A program made the translations under genes and the position numbers. From NCBI GenBank assembly GCA_963833225.1, contig CAWHXD010000008.1, positions 192,001 to 256,000 of the forward strand: a stretch of 64,000 nt of DNA. The letters run 5' to 3'. This DNA is from an uncultured Chloroflexia bacterium. Lineage in GTDB: Bacteria; Chloroflexota; Limnocylindria; Limnocylindrales; CSP1-4. This document shows positions 31,940-40,682 of the stretch, in pieces. Position 1 is the first letter of the stretch, and the number at the start of each line of letters is the position of its first letter. A model generated the notes under the pieces. It saw only the letters and a program-made list of their open reading frames with translations, ran no database searches and was not told where the DNA came from.

Positions 31940-32533
31940 CTACCCGCTCTCGTCGCCGGCGTCGAACCGGAAGGCGCGGAGCGCCTCGAGCCGTGGGTCG
32001 ACCGGGCGGTCGTCGTGTCCGTGACCCGGGTCGAGCCGTTGCCCGCACTCGGTGCACAGTCCCGGGCAGCCTGGCTCGCACAGGGGTGCGATCGGCTCCT
32101 GGAGGCTGATCGCCTCCGCGACAAGCGGGCGCAGCTCAAGCTCGTGGTGGTCCGTGAGGCGCGGCGCTTCGGGGTCAGCGTCCTCCTCGAGCGGCACCGG
32201 CATGCCGCTGGCGAAATCGATGGATGGCAGCACCTCCTCGTCGATCCGCATCGTCACGGGCGTCACCAGCGACCGCAGGCAGCGGGCGCACTCGCCGGCG
32301 AGCGCCGCATGCAGCCTCGCTTCGACCACGAGGCCGCGGTTGGTGCGCGCCAGCCGCATCGTTCCACTGACGGGCTCGGCCAGCCGGAGGTCATCGCCCG
32401 GGTCGACGTCGACCGGATCGATCACGTAGTCACGGACCGCGCCCGGAGCCTCGGCCATGAGGCCCGACACGGCAAAGACCAGCGGATCCCCGTGGGCGTC
32501 CACGGGGTAGCGGTGTGACGGGGCGTCGGTCAT
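31940..32533 (-). CDS. yceD: DUF177/YceD family protein
   Basis: ECARCL, PLCEPGCPGLCTECG, DPRLEAL; upstream of rpmF. Confidence 0.92.
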   Translation of the reverse strand: MTDAPSHRYPVDAHGDPLVFAVSGLMAEAPGAVRDYVIDPVDVDPGDDLRLAEPVSGTMRLARTNRGLVVEARLHAALAGECARCLRSLVTPVTMRIDEEVLPSIDFASGMPVPLEEDADPEAPRLTDHHELELRPLVAEAISLQEPIAPLCEPGCPGLCTECGQRLDPGHGHDDRPVDPRLEALRAFRFDAGDESG

Positions 32534-33099
32534 CGACGACCGACCGTCTCGGCTCCTTCTTCCGCGTCCCGGTCCTGGTCGTACGGCTCGACCGGTGCGT
32601 ATTCCGGTTCGATGTCCTCGACGGGCTGTGGCGCCTGTGCACTCGCATAGGCGACCCGACGCTCCTCGAGCATGGCGAGGCCCCGCTCGATCCCGCTCAA
32701 GGTGCGGCTGATCTCCGCCTCGAGGCTGCCGAGGACGCCCGCGGCGTACTCGTCTGCGCCGTGGCGGATCAGGCTCGCGTCGTCCTCCGCCTCCGCGAGG
32801 ATCCGGCGTGACTCGTCCTCGGCCGCATCGGTCAGGCCGCGCTCGCCGATGAGGTACGCCGCCTGCTCCTGGGCACGGGCGACGATGTGCTCAGCCTCCT
32901 GCTGCGCCTTCTCGATGATGCGCTCGCCTTCCTGGTTGATCCGCTTGGCGGCGCGCACCTCCTCGGGCACGGCAACGCGCAGCTCGTCGATCAGGTTGAG
33001 GGCGGCGTCGCGATCCACGATCGCGTTGTGCGTCATCGGCAGGCTCTTGCCGTTCGCGATCAGCGATTCGAGTCGCTCGACGAGAAAGATGATGTCCAG
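32530..33099 (-). CDS. coiled-coil protein (SepIVA/DivIVA-like or ATP synthase b-like family), probable CTG start
   Basis: LDIIFLVERLESLI...PEEVRAAK...ADEYA...IERG; conserved coaD-[this gene]-yceD position; GGGGAG SD 7 nt before CTG. Confidence 0.75.
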   Translation of the reverse strand: MDIIFLVERLESLIANGKSLPMTHNAIVDRDAALNLIDELRVAVPEEVRAAKRINQEGERIIEKAQQEAEHIVARAQEQAAYLIGERGLTDAAEDESRRILAEAEDDASLIRHGADEYAAGVLGSLEAEISRTLSGIERGLAMLEERRVAYASAQAPQPVEDIEPEYAPVEPYDQDRDAEEGAETVGRR

Positions 33100-33146
33100 C
33101 GGACGTCTCCCCTGGGCTCGGCGCACCCCGGCGGGGCGTTCCGTGG

Positions 33147-33155
33147 ATTATGGCA
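33147..33155 (-). promoter_or_regulatory. extended -10 promoter (TGcCATAAT)
   Basis: Near-consensus -10 about 48 nt upstream of the CTG start. Confidence 0.6.
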
Positions 33156-33244
33156 CGGCGGGCGGAGTGATCCCGGGCGTCCGGCGCGCCGGTGTCCGGT
33201 GAGCCGGCGTTTCGTGCGATCCCCGCCGGGTGTCCAGTCGGCCG

Positions 33245-33400
33245 AAGCCCAGATATCGGCCCTGGCCGCTATAGCGACGGCCCCCGGACGGTGGGCATCG
33301 ATAACATCAGCGGGGACTGTTGTCCGGCATTGAAATCGGGGGCGCGGCCGTTGCTGGAGCGGTGGAGACTGATGTCTGGTGCAGACATTCGCGTCTCGCC
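33245..33400. repeat. palindrome-rich intergenic element (REP/MITE-like or structured RNA)
   Basis: Hairpin GAGAC-TG-ATGTCTG-GTG-CAGACAT-TCGC-GTCTC (33365-33397), palindrome CGCTATAGCG, and ACATCAG/CTGATGT inverted pair. Confidence 0.45.
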
Positions 33401-33427
33401 GCGACGTGCCGCCTCGCGCGCCACGGT

Positions 33428-33934
33428 CTAGGCCGGCGGCTTCTCCGTGGGCAGCGCCTGCCTGAGGGCTGCGGCCGCGGCCTCGGGGACCATCGCCGAC
33501 ACGTCACCGCCAAAGGCCGCGATCTCCTTGACCAGGCTGGAGCTGATGTAGCCATGCGGCAGGCTGGTCATGAAGAACACGGTGTCCACGTCGGGGGCGA
33601 GCTGGTGGTTGTTGTGCGCCAGCTGCAGCTCCGTGTCGAAGTCGCCGATCGCGCGCAGCCCGCGGACGAGGAACCCGGCACCCACCCGATGGCAGAAGTC
33701 CACCGTCAGCCCGTCGAACGTCGCGACCTCCACGTGGGCGGGGACGTCAGGGGCGGCCGCGAGCGAATCACGGATCACCGCGACCCGAACGTCGGCGCGC
33801 AGCAGCGGCGTCTTGCGCGGATTGACCAGGACCGCGACCACGACCCGATCGAACACGCGGCCGGCCCGGCTGATCACGTCGAGGTGGCCGTTGGTGATCG
33901 GGTCGAACGTCCCCGGGTAGACCGCCGTCTTCAC
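33428..33934 (-). CDS. coaD: phosphopantetheine adenylyltransferase
   Basis: AVYPGTFDPITNGHLDVI, VRGLRAIGDF, ISSSLVKEIA. Confidence 0.97.
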   Translation of the reverse strand: MKTAVYPGTFDPITNGHLDVISRAGRVFDRVVVAVLVNPRKTPLLRADVRVAVIRDSLAAAPDVPAHVEVATFDGLTVDFCHRVGAGFLVRGLRAIGDFDTELQLAHNNHQLAPDVDTVFFMTSLPHGYISSSLVKEIAAFGGDVSAMVPEAAAAALRQALPTEKPPA

Positions 33935-34542
33935 GCCTCGCCCGTCTCCTCGTCCGTGGTGTCGCCGGCCGTCCCCGTGCGCCGGTAGAAGGTCAGCGCG
34001 GTCTCGCCAAATCGCCGCTCACGCTCCGATGCTAGCAGCCCGATCACGGGCGGCGGCGCGTCCCGCCAGAAGTGCTTGGCCACCACGATGCCGCCCTCGC
34101 GGACGACCGCGCCGACGCCATCGAGCACGCGCACGAGCGCGACGGTGTCCGCGTACGGGGGGTCGATGATCACCAGGTCATACCGGGGACCGGTCGCCAC
34201 GGCGTCACGCGCCGCGTCCCCGAGCCAGGTCAGCACATCGCGCCGGATGACCGCGGCTCCGGGTTCCAGTCCGGCCCGGCGCAGGTTCTCGGCAATGACC
34301 CGCAGTGCTCCGTGATCCCGCTCGACGAAGACCGCCGTCGAAGCGCCCCGCGAGAGCGCCTCGATCCCGGCCGCCCCGCTACCCGCGAACAGGTCGAGCA
34401 CGGCAGCCCCGTCAAGGTTCGGCTCCAGGATGCCGAACAGCGTCTGCTTCACCCGGTCGGTGAGCGGGCGGGTTCCTGGTCCCGGCGCGGCGAGACGAAC
34501 ACCACGGGCGGTTCCGGCGATCACGCGACCAGCCTCGGGCAT
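33931..34542 (-). CDS. rsmD: 16S rRNA (guanine(966)-N2)-methyltransferase
   Basis: RVIAGTARG, TRPLTDRVK, LDLFAGSGAAGIEALSRGA, IDPPY. Confidence 0.95.
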   Translation of the reverse strand: MPEAGRVIAGTARGVRLAAPGPGTRPLTDRVKQTLFGILEPNLDGAAVLDLFAGSGAAGIEALSRGASTAVFVERDHGALRVIAENLRRAGLEPGAAVIRRDVLTWLGDAARDAVATGPRYDLVIIDPPYADTVALVRVLDGVGAVVREGGIVVAKHFWRDAPPPVIGLLASERERRFGETALTFYRRTGTAGDTTDEETGEA

Positions 34543-34543
34543 G

Positions 34544-36832
34544 TCAGGCGGCGCTCGCCGGGTCGCCGTCGTGGACGCGCCGCAGCCAGCCATCTGCCAG
34601 CTCCCGCTCGAGCTCGGGCTCGTCGACGATCGCCCCGCGATCGTCCAGCAGCTGCTCGGCCCAGCCACGGGCATGCGTCGCCAGCTCGCGATGCTCGAGG
34701 CTCGCCAGGGTCGCGACGCGGAGGCGGGGAAGGCCGCTCTGGGCGAGGCCCAGCACGTCACCCTCCCGGCGGAGCTCGAAGTCCCGCTCGGCAAGCTCGA
34801 ACCCGTCGGTAGTGGCCGCGACCGCGCGGAGGCGCTCGTGCTCGGTGGTCCCCTCGACGGCCTCACTGACGAGCACGCAGAACGAGGCGTCGGTTCCGCG
34901 GCCCACGCGTCCCCGCAGCTGGTGGAGCTGCGCGAGCCCGAAGCGCTCCGCCCCCTCGACGATCATCAGCGTGGCCTCCGGCACGTCCACGCCGACCTCG
35001 ACCACGGTCGTGCCGACCAGGACGTCGAGGTCGCCGTCGCGGAACCTCGCCATCTCGGCATCCCGTTCAGCGGCCTTCAGGCGGCCATGCACGAGGCCGA
35101 CGCGGAGGGGCGCCAGCAACCCTGTGAGGCGCTCGAACTCGGCTTCGGCCGCCACCGCCCACGCGGTCTCGACATCCTCGTCGGGCAGCTCGTCGTCGCC
35201 GAGCCAGCCGGCGTCCTCGGCATCGCTGTCCCCCGCGTTCCCCGCCGCGGCGGCCGGGCCGATCCGGGGCACGACCACGAACGTCCGGTGGCCGGCCGCC
35301 GCCTCGTCGCGGACCCGCTGCCAGGTCCCGGCGAGGTCCTCGGGCCGGCGGATCCCGGTCCGGATCGCGAGACGGCCCTCGGGCGGCGTCCGGAGGGTGG
35401 AGACGTCGAGGTCCGCGTACAGCACCTGGCCCAGCGTGCGCGGGATGGGCGTCGCCGTCATCAGCAGCACGTGGGGAGCGCCGCGGGCCGCCTTGTCCTC
35501 GAGCGCGCCGCGCTGCTCCACGCCGAACCGGTGCTGCTCGTCCACCACGGCCAGCGCCAGGTCCGCGAATGCGACCGCCTCCTGGAGCAACGCGTGGGTG
35601 CCGACCACCACCTGCGCCTGGCCCGTGGTGAGCGCCTCGGACGCGTTCCGGCGGGCCAGCGCGGGCAGCGAGCCCGTGAGCAGGATCACCTCGATCCCGA
35701 GGGCCTCCAGCAGGCTGCCCAGCGTCTCGCGGTGCTGCCGGGCGAGAAGATCGGTGGGGGCCAGCAGCGCCGCCTGCCGCCCGTCGAGCGCCGCCGCGGC
35801 CAGCGCCCACGCCGCGACCGCGGTCTTGCCCGAGCCGACGTCGCCCTGGAGCAGGCGGAGCATCGGCGTCTCGCGCGCCAGGTCGTCGCGAACCTCGTCG
35901 ATGGTGCGGGACTGGTCCTCGGTGAGCGAGATCGGGTGTCCGAGCTTGCGCGAGATGGATCCTTCGAGGGCGGCTCGCATCCGCGCGTCGTTCGTCGGGC
36001 TCACGGGAACCGGCTCGGTGCGCGCCCGGCCACGGGCCCTCCGCCGGCCGACCATGCCCAGCTGCAGCGCGAGCAGCTCGTCGAAGGCCAGGCGCCGGAG
36101 GGCGGCGTCGCGCGCCTCGAAGGTGATCGGGTAGTGCGCGGCCTCGAGCGCCTCGCCGATTGCCGGCAGCGCCTCCTCCCCGCGGATCCGGTGCGGCAGG
36201 TACTCCGGGTAGGCATCGCCCGCGGCGTCCAGCGCCCGGCGCATGGCCGCGCGCAGGCGGTTCGCGGTGACGCCCGTCGTCAGCCGGTAGACCGGCACGA
36301 TCCGGCCGACGTGGAGCAGGTTCGACGCGTCGGCCGGCTGGAAGTCCGGCCCCTCGAACACGATGCCGCCCTGGCGGTGCTTGATGCGCCCCGAGACCAG
36401 GAGCTCATCGCCGGCGTGGACGCGCCGCTCCACGAAGCGGCGGCCGAACCAGGTGGCCGTGGCCGATCCCGTCTCGTCGACCACGTGGGCCGTGGTGACC
36501 TGGACGCGCCGCCGCCAGGTCTGCTGGACGCCGATCTCCAGGACCCGTACCCGGGCCGAGGCCACGGTCCCGTCATCGAGGTCGCGCAGGTCGCGAAGCC
36601 GGCGGAGCTCGCGGAGGTCATCGTAGCGGCGGGGCAGGTGGAACAGCAGGTCGCGGACCGTGTCCACACCGAGCCGCCGGGCCTGGCGGCGCAGCGACGA
36701 GACGCCCGTGATCCCCGACAGTCCGACCGGCGAGGCGAGGATCGCCGCCGGGTCCCGGGGCGCCACGACGGCCACCTCGGGACGGAGCGAGCGGCTTCCC
36801 TGCGCCGGTGCCCGGCGCCTGCGATCGCTCAC
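34544..36832 (-). CDS. recG: ATP-dependent DNA helicase RecG
   Basis: LLFHLPRRYDD, RLLQGDVGSGKT, VVDEQHRFGVEQR, MTATPIPRTL, QLHQLRGRVGRG, TDGFELAERD. Confidence 0.97.
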   Translation of the reverse strand: MSDRRRRAPAQGSRSLRPEVAVVAPRDPAAILASPVGLSGITGVSSLRRQARRLGVDTVRDLLFHLPRRYDDLRELRRLRDLRDLDDGTVASARVRVLEIGVQQTWRRRVQVTTAHVVDETGSATATWFGRRFVERRVHAGDELLVSGRIKHRQGGIVFEGPDFQPADASNLLHVGRIVPVYRLTTGVTANRLRAAMRRALDAAGDAYPEYLPHRIRGEEALPAIGEALEAAHYPITFEARDAALRRLAFDELLALQLGMVGRRRARGRARTEPVPVSPTNDARMRAALEGSISRKLGHPISLTEDQSRTIDEVRDDLARETPMLRLLQGDVGSGKTAVAAWALAAAALDGRQAALLAPTDLLARQHRETLGSLLEALGIEVILLTGSLPALARRNASEALTTGQAQVVVGTHALLQEAVAFADLALAVVDEQHRFGVEQRGALEDKAARGAPHVLLMTATPIPRTLGQVLYADLDVSTLRTPPEGRLAIRTGIRRPEDLAGTWQRVRDEAAAGHRTFVVVPRIGPAAAAGNAGDSDAEDAGWLGDDELPDEDVETAWAVAAEAEFERLTGLLAPLRVGLVHGRLKAAERDAEMARFRDGDLDVLVGTTVVEVGVDVPEATLMIVEGAERFGLAQLHQLRGRVGRGTDASFCVLVSEAVEGTTEHERLRAVAATTDGFELAERDFELRREGDVLGLAQSGLPRLRVATLASLEHRELATHARGWAEQLLDDRGAIVDEPELERELADGWLRRVHDGDPASAA

Positions 36833-38586
36833 TCGGCCGAGATCAGGTACCGGTAGTGGGGCTGTCCGCCGTGGTACAGCTCCACGTCCTCGAGACCCGG
36901 CGCCGCGGCGCTGATCCGGGCGGCGAGCTGCTCGGCGGCGTCGAGCGTCGCGTCCTCGCCGTAGTAGATGGTCACCACGCCGAAGCCGGGCGCAAGACGG
37001 GCGAACGCGGCGAGGACGGCCTTCTCGGCATCGTTGTCCACGGCCAGCAGCCCATCGTCGGGGTCAAGGACGATCGTCTGGCCCTTGCGCACCTTGTGGC
37101 CGGACACGGTCGCGTCCCGGACGGCCTCGGTCACCTGCATCGTCTGCAGCCCGCGGCCGGCGTCGGTCATCGTCGCCGCGTTCTGCTCGGCCGGGAGGGA
37201 CGGGTCCAGCTCGAACAGGGCCGCGATCCCCTCGGCGACATTGCGGGTGGGCACGACGTGGACCGGCCGGCTGGTCATCGACATGACCTGGCGCGCCGCC
37301 AGCACGACATTGGGGTTGTTGGGCAGGATCAGCAGCGCATCGGCCTGGGTGGCCTCCACCGCCTCCAGCAGCTCCCCGGTGGACGGGTTGGCGGTCTGGC
37401 CTCCGCGGACGATCCGGAACGCTCCGTACTCACGGAACGGTGCAGCCGTGTCGGTGAGCACCGCCGCGAGCCCGTCCGAGGGCGCGACGGCCACCACCCC
37501 GAGCGGCAGCCGCGTGGCGGGGTCCGCGTCATGGCCGGCATCCGCCGCGGTCGCACCGGCCTCGGCGACCGCCGTGGCGGCGGTCACCGCCCGCGACGGC
37601 ACACCGCCGACCACGCCCACGAACTCGGCGGCCCTGGCCTCCCGGACGTCGTAGGCCTGGCCGTCGAGGTTCTCGACGGTGATCCGCGACAGCGCGCCCA
37701 GCGACAGGCCGTAGCTGATGACCAGGTCGGGCCGCTCGTTGTGGACGTGGATCTTGGCCATCAGCACGTCGCCGGCGACCAGCACCGACTCGCCGATCGT
37801 CTCCAGGTGCGCCTGGATCGCGTAGGTGTCGAGCGGGGTGCCCGTTCGAGCCCGGAGGAGGAAGACCGTCTCGTAGCCGAACTCGGTGGCATCGACGGGG
37901 GCGGTCGCGGCCTCACGGCGCGGTCCGCCGGCAACCGCCACGACCGGCTCCGCCGTGTCGGCCGGCCGGCCGCGTGCGGCCTCCAGCGCGCCCTGGAACA
38001 GCCGGAGCAGGCCCTGGCCGCCCGAGTCCACCACGTGGGCCTCGCGCAGGATCGGCAGCAGCGATGGCGTCTTGGCGACGGCCCGCTCGGCCGCCTCGAC
38101 GGTCGCCGCGAGGACCATCTCGACGTTGTTGTCACGCTCGGCGGCGACCACGGCGGCAGCGGCGGCCTCGCGGATGACCGTCAGGATCGTGCCCTCCACC
38201 GGCTTGGCCACCGCCTTGTAGGCGGTCTTGGCGCCGAGGTCCAGGGCATGGGCGAGGTCGAGGCCGTTGAACCGGCGCTTGCCCGCCATGCCGGTCTCCA
38301 TCCCCTTGAGGATCTGGCTGGCGATGACGCCGGAGTTGCCGCGCGCACCCATCAGGGCGCCGAAGGAGGCGGCCTGGGCGACCACGCCGGCCTCGGCGCC
38401 GCGCCCGGCTCGCTCCGCCTCGTCGAGCGCGGCCATCATCGTGGCCAGCATGTTCGTCCCCGTGTCACCGTCGGGGACCGGGAAGACGTTGAGGGCGTTG
38501 ATCTCGTCGACGTTCGCCTCGAGACGGGCGACGGCGCTCCGGAACGCGGCCAGGAATCCGGCGCCGTCGCAGGACCGGCGGGGCAT
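36829..38586 (-). CDS. fakA: DAK2-domain fatty acid kinase catalytic subunit (YloV/FakA)
   Basis: INALNVFPVPDGDTGTNM, GARGNSGVI, PVEGTILTV, VVDSGGQG, GGQTANPST, GGQPHY. Confidence 0.93.
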   Translation of the reverse strand: MPRRSCDGAGFLAAFRSAVARLEANVDEINALNVFPVPDGDTGTNMLATMMAALDEAERAGRGAEAGVVAQAASFGALMGARGNSGVIASQILKGMETGMAGKRRFNGLDLAHALDLGAKTAYKAVAKPVEGTILTVIREAAAAAVVAAERDNNVEMVLAATVEAAERAVAKTPSLLPILREAHVVDSGGQGLLRLFQGALEAARGRPADTAEPVVAVAGGPRREAATAPVDATEFGYETVFLLRARTGTPLDTYAIQAHLETIGESVLVAGDVLMAKIHVHNERPDLVISYGLSLGALSRITVENLDGQAYDVREARAAEFVGVVGGVPSRAVTAATAVAEAGATAADAGHDADPATRLPLGVVAVAPSDGLAAVLTDTAAPFREYGAFRIVRGGQTANPSTGELLEAVEATQADALLILPNNPNVVLAARQVMSMTSRPVHVVPTRNVAEGIAALFELDPSLPAEQNAATMTDAGRGLQTMQVTEAVRDATVSGHKVRKGQTIVLDPDDGLLAVDNDAEKAVLAAFARLAPGFGVVTIYYGEDATLDAAEQLAARISAAAPGLEDVELYHGGQPHYRYLISAE

Positions 38587-39002
38587 CAGGCGACGTCCGT
38601 CCCGCTCGCGGCGAGGTCCGATGTGCCGGGCTCGGTCGAGGCAGGGTCCGCGGCCGGTGGGATGCCGTGTTGGTGGACCAGGCGACCGATGCGGATCGAT
38701 ACCCTGTCCGGCTCGCGACCGAGTGCGTGCCTCAGCGTGTAGCGCACCGATGACTCGAGCTGGCGCGCCACCTCCGCGATGGGAAGCCCGTAGGCGACCG
38801 TGAGGCGCAGGTCGACGACGAGCTCCGGCTCGATCTCCAGGTGGATGCCCGGATGCGCGAGGCCGAGCCGCGCGAGCACGCGGCCCAGCGGCCCGCCACC
38901 GGCAAAGCCGGTCACGCCGTAGACCGCCAGGACGGAGGTCCGGACCAGGTCGCGGATCGCCCGCTTGGTGACGAGGGAGCGGCCGGGCAGGGGTTCGGTC
39001 AC
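38586..39002 (-). CDS. Asp23/Gls24 family protein (YloU-like)
   Basis: AIRDLVR..VLAVYGVTG...VDLRLTVAYGLPIAEVA; rpmB/yloU/yloV synteny. Confidence 0.8.
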   Translation of the reverse strand: MTEPLPGRSLVTKRAIRDLVRTSVLAVYGVTGFAGGGPLGRVLARLGLAHPGIHLEIEPELVVDLRLTVAYGLPIAEVARQLESSVRYTLRHALGREPDRVSIRIGRLVHQHGIPPAADPASTEPGTSDLAASGTDVA

Positions 39003-39081
39003 GCTGGCGACGTCCTCCTCACGGTCCCGGCCCGCGGGTCGCGGGTCGCGGCTGGGCACCTCCGGGGGCCGCCGAAGGCTG

Positions 39082-39090
39082 TGCTACGAT
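39082..39090 (+). promoter_or_regulatory. extended -10 promoter (TGcTACGAT) for rpmB
   Basis: TGnTAnnnT about 72 nt upstream of the rpmB ATG. Confidence 0.55.
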
Positions 39091-39162
39091 ACCACCCCGT
39101 TCGCACCGGCCAGCCGGCGCGTGCACGTCTTCCGGCCCCCATCAAAGGATCAACCAACGACC

Positions 39163-39363
39163 ATGGCTCGTGCTTGCGCCATCTGCGGCAAGGCTTCCAT
39201 GGGCGGGTTCAACCCCCAGTCCTCGGGGATGAACCGCGTCCGGGCTCACCGCCGCTATCAGCCGAACCTCCAGGTCACGACGCTGACCGGCAAGAACGGC
39301 GGCCCCGAGAAGGTGCTCGCCTGCACCCGGTGCCGTCGGACCCTGACCAAGAGCGCCCGCTAG
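39163..39363 (+). CDS. rpmB: 50S ribosomal protein L28 (Zn-binding, divergent central loop)
   Basis: MARACAICGK...RRYQPNLQ...CTRCRR; divergently transcribed from asp23-fakA as in Bacillus. Confidence 0.88.
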   Translation: MARACAICGKASMGGFNPQSSGMNRVRAHRRYQPNLQVTTLTGKNGGPEKVLACTRCRRTLTKSAR

Positions 39364-39386
39364 GCCCGTTTCCGGGTCGGGGCCAG

Positions 39387-39415
39387 AGCCGGTCGCCACG
39401 CGGCGGCCGGCTTTC
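39387..39415 (+). terminator. hairpin terminator after rpmB
   Basis: AGCCGGTCGCC-ACGC-GGCGGCCGGCT followed by TT; between convergent rpmB and dtd. Confidence 0.55.
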
Positions 39416-39471
39416 GTGTGTCCGCCGCCGGGGCGCCCCGGTGATCCCGCCGGGTGCGAGCGTGCCGCCGG

Positions 39472-39933
39472 CTACGAGGTCCCGCCGCGGTCGGCCGTGT
39501 CCAGCCAGATCGTGAACGGGCCGTCGTTGACCAGCTCCACGTCCATCTCCGCGCCGAACTCCCCGAGCTCGATGCGCTTCACGCCCTGGACCTCCATGGA
39601 CGCGGCGACCCGCAGCCACAGGACCTTGGCCAGGGCCGGCGTTGCCGCGTCGGTGAACCCAGGCCGGCGCCCCCGCCGCGTGTCGGCGTAGAGGGTGAAC
39701 TGGGAGACGACCAGTGCCTCACCGTCGACATCGAGCAGCGAGCGGTTCGTTCGCCCCTCGTCGTCCTCGAAGATGCGCAGCTCGCAGATCCGCCGCGCCA
39801 GCCAGTCCGCCGTCGCCTCGTCGTCGCCGTGGCCGACGCCCACGAACACCAGCAACCCGGGCCCGATGGACCCCGTGACCCGCTCCCCCACCCGGACCTC
39901 GGCGCGGGAGACCCGCTGCAGGAGCGCGCGCAC
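39472..39933 (-). CDS. dtd: D-aminoacyl-tRNA deacylase
   Basis: RALLQRV, LRIFED, VVSQFTLY, GRRPGF, FGAEMDVELVNDGPFT. Confidence 0.96.
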   Translation of the reverse strand: MRALLQRVSRAEVRVGERVTGSIGPGLLVFVGVGHGDDEATADWLARRICELRIFEDDEGRTNRSLLDVDGEALVVSQFTLYADTRRGRRPGFTDAATPALAKVLWLRVAASMEVQGVKRIELGEFGAEMDVELVNDGPFTIWLDTADRGGTS

Positions 39934-39944
39934 GCGGGTGGCGC

Positions 39945-40682
39945 CTACCGGTCCAGCGTCGCAGCCCGCGCCGCGTTCGCGATCGACCGGATCCGCTCCA
40001 CCTCGCCCGCCATGTCCTCCGCGCGGTAGAGCGCGGAGCCGGCCACGATGACATCCGTCCCGCCGCGTCCGATGACCTCGGCCGTCGTGGACCTGCCGCC
40101 GCCGTCGACCTGGACCTCGCTGGCGCCGTTCGGGTCCAGCCACGCGCGGGCTGCCAGGAGCTTGGCGTCGGCCACGTCCGCCATGAACGCCTGGCCGCCG
40201 AACCCCGGCTCGACCGTCATGACCAGCACGATGTCCAGCAGCTCCCGGTAGGCATCCAGGGCCGCCAGCGGCGTGCCGGGCTTGACCGACAGGCCGGCCG
40301 ACCGTCCGGCCCCGCGGATCCGCTCGAGCGCCGGACGAACCTGCGGCGCCTCGACCTCGACGTGGAGAGTGATCGAGTCGCAGCCGGCATCAAGGAACGG
40401 CTCGACCCAGCGCCCGGGCTCGCTGATCATGAGGTGGGCGTCGAACGGCAGCGCGGTCACCCGCCGCAGCGCGGCGATCATCGTCCAGCCGAAGGTGATG
40501 TTGGGGACGAAGTGGCCGTCCATGACATCGAGGTGGATCCGGTCGGCCCCCGCCTCCTCGGCCCGCCTGATCTCGTCGCCCAGCGCACCGAGGTCGCTGT
40601 CGAGGATGGAGGCGGCGACCAGCACCCCTGACGGGCGCCGGCTGCCGGGTCCGCCCGGGACCGGGGCGGCAGTGCCGCTCAT
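39945..40682 (-). CDS. rpe: ribulose-phosphate 3-epimerase
   Basis: ASILDSD, HLDVMDGHFVPNITFG, DAHLMI, LVMTVEPGFGGQ, QVDGG. Confidence 0.96.
   Translation of the reverse strand: MSGTAAPVPGGPGSRRPSGVLVAASILDSDLGALGDEIRRAEEAGADRIHLDVMDGHFVPNITFGWTMIAALRRVTALPFDAHLMISEPGRWVEPFLDAGCDSITLHVEVEAPQVRPALERIRGAGRSAGLSVKPGTPLAALDAYRELLDIVLVMTVEPGFGGQAFMADVADAKLLAARAWLDPNGASEVQVDGGGRSTTAEVIGRGGTDVIVAGSALYRAEDMAGEVERIRSIANAARAATLDR

Noticed and set aside
33160-33427. 6S RNA, SRP RNA, RNase P RNA or tmRNA in the coaD downstream gap
   Set aside because: I could not find their hallmark sequences (SRP GGAA-loop domain, RNase P GAGGAAAGUCC, tRNA-like ends); kept only as an unknown structured element.
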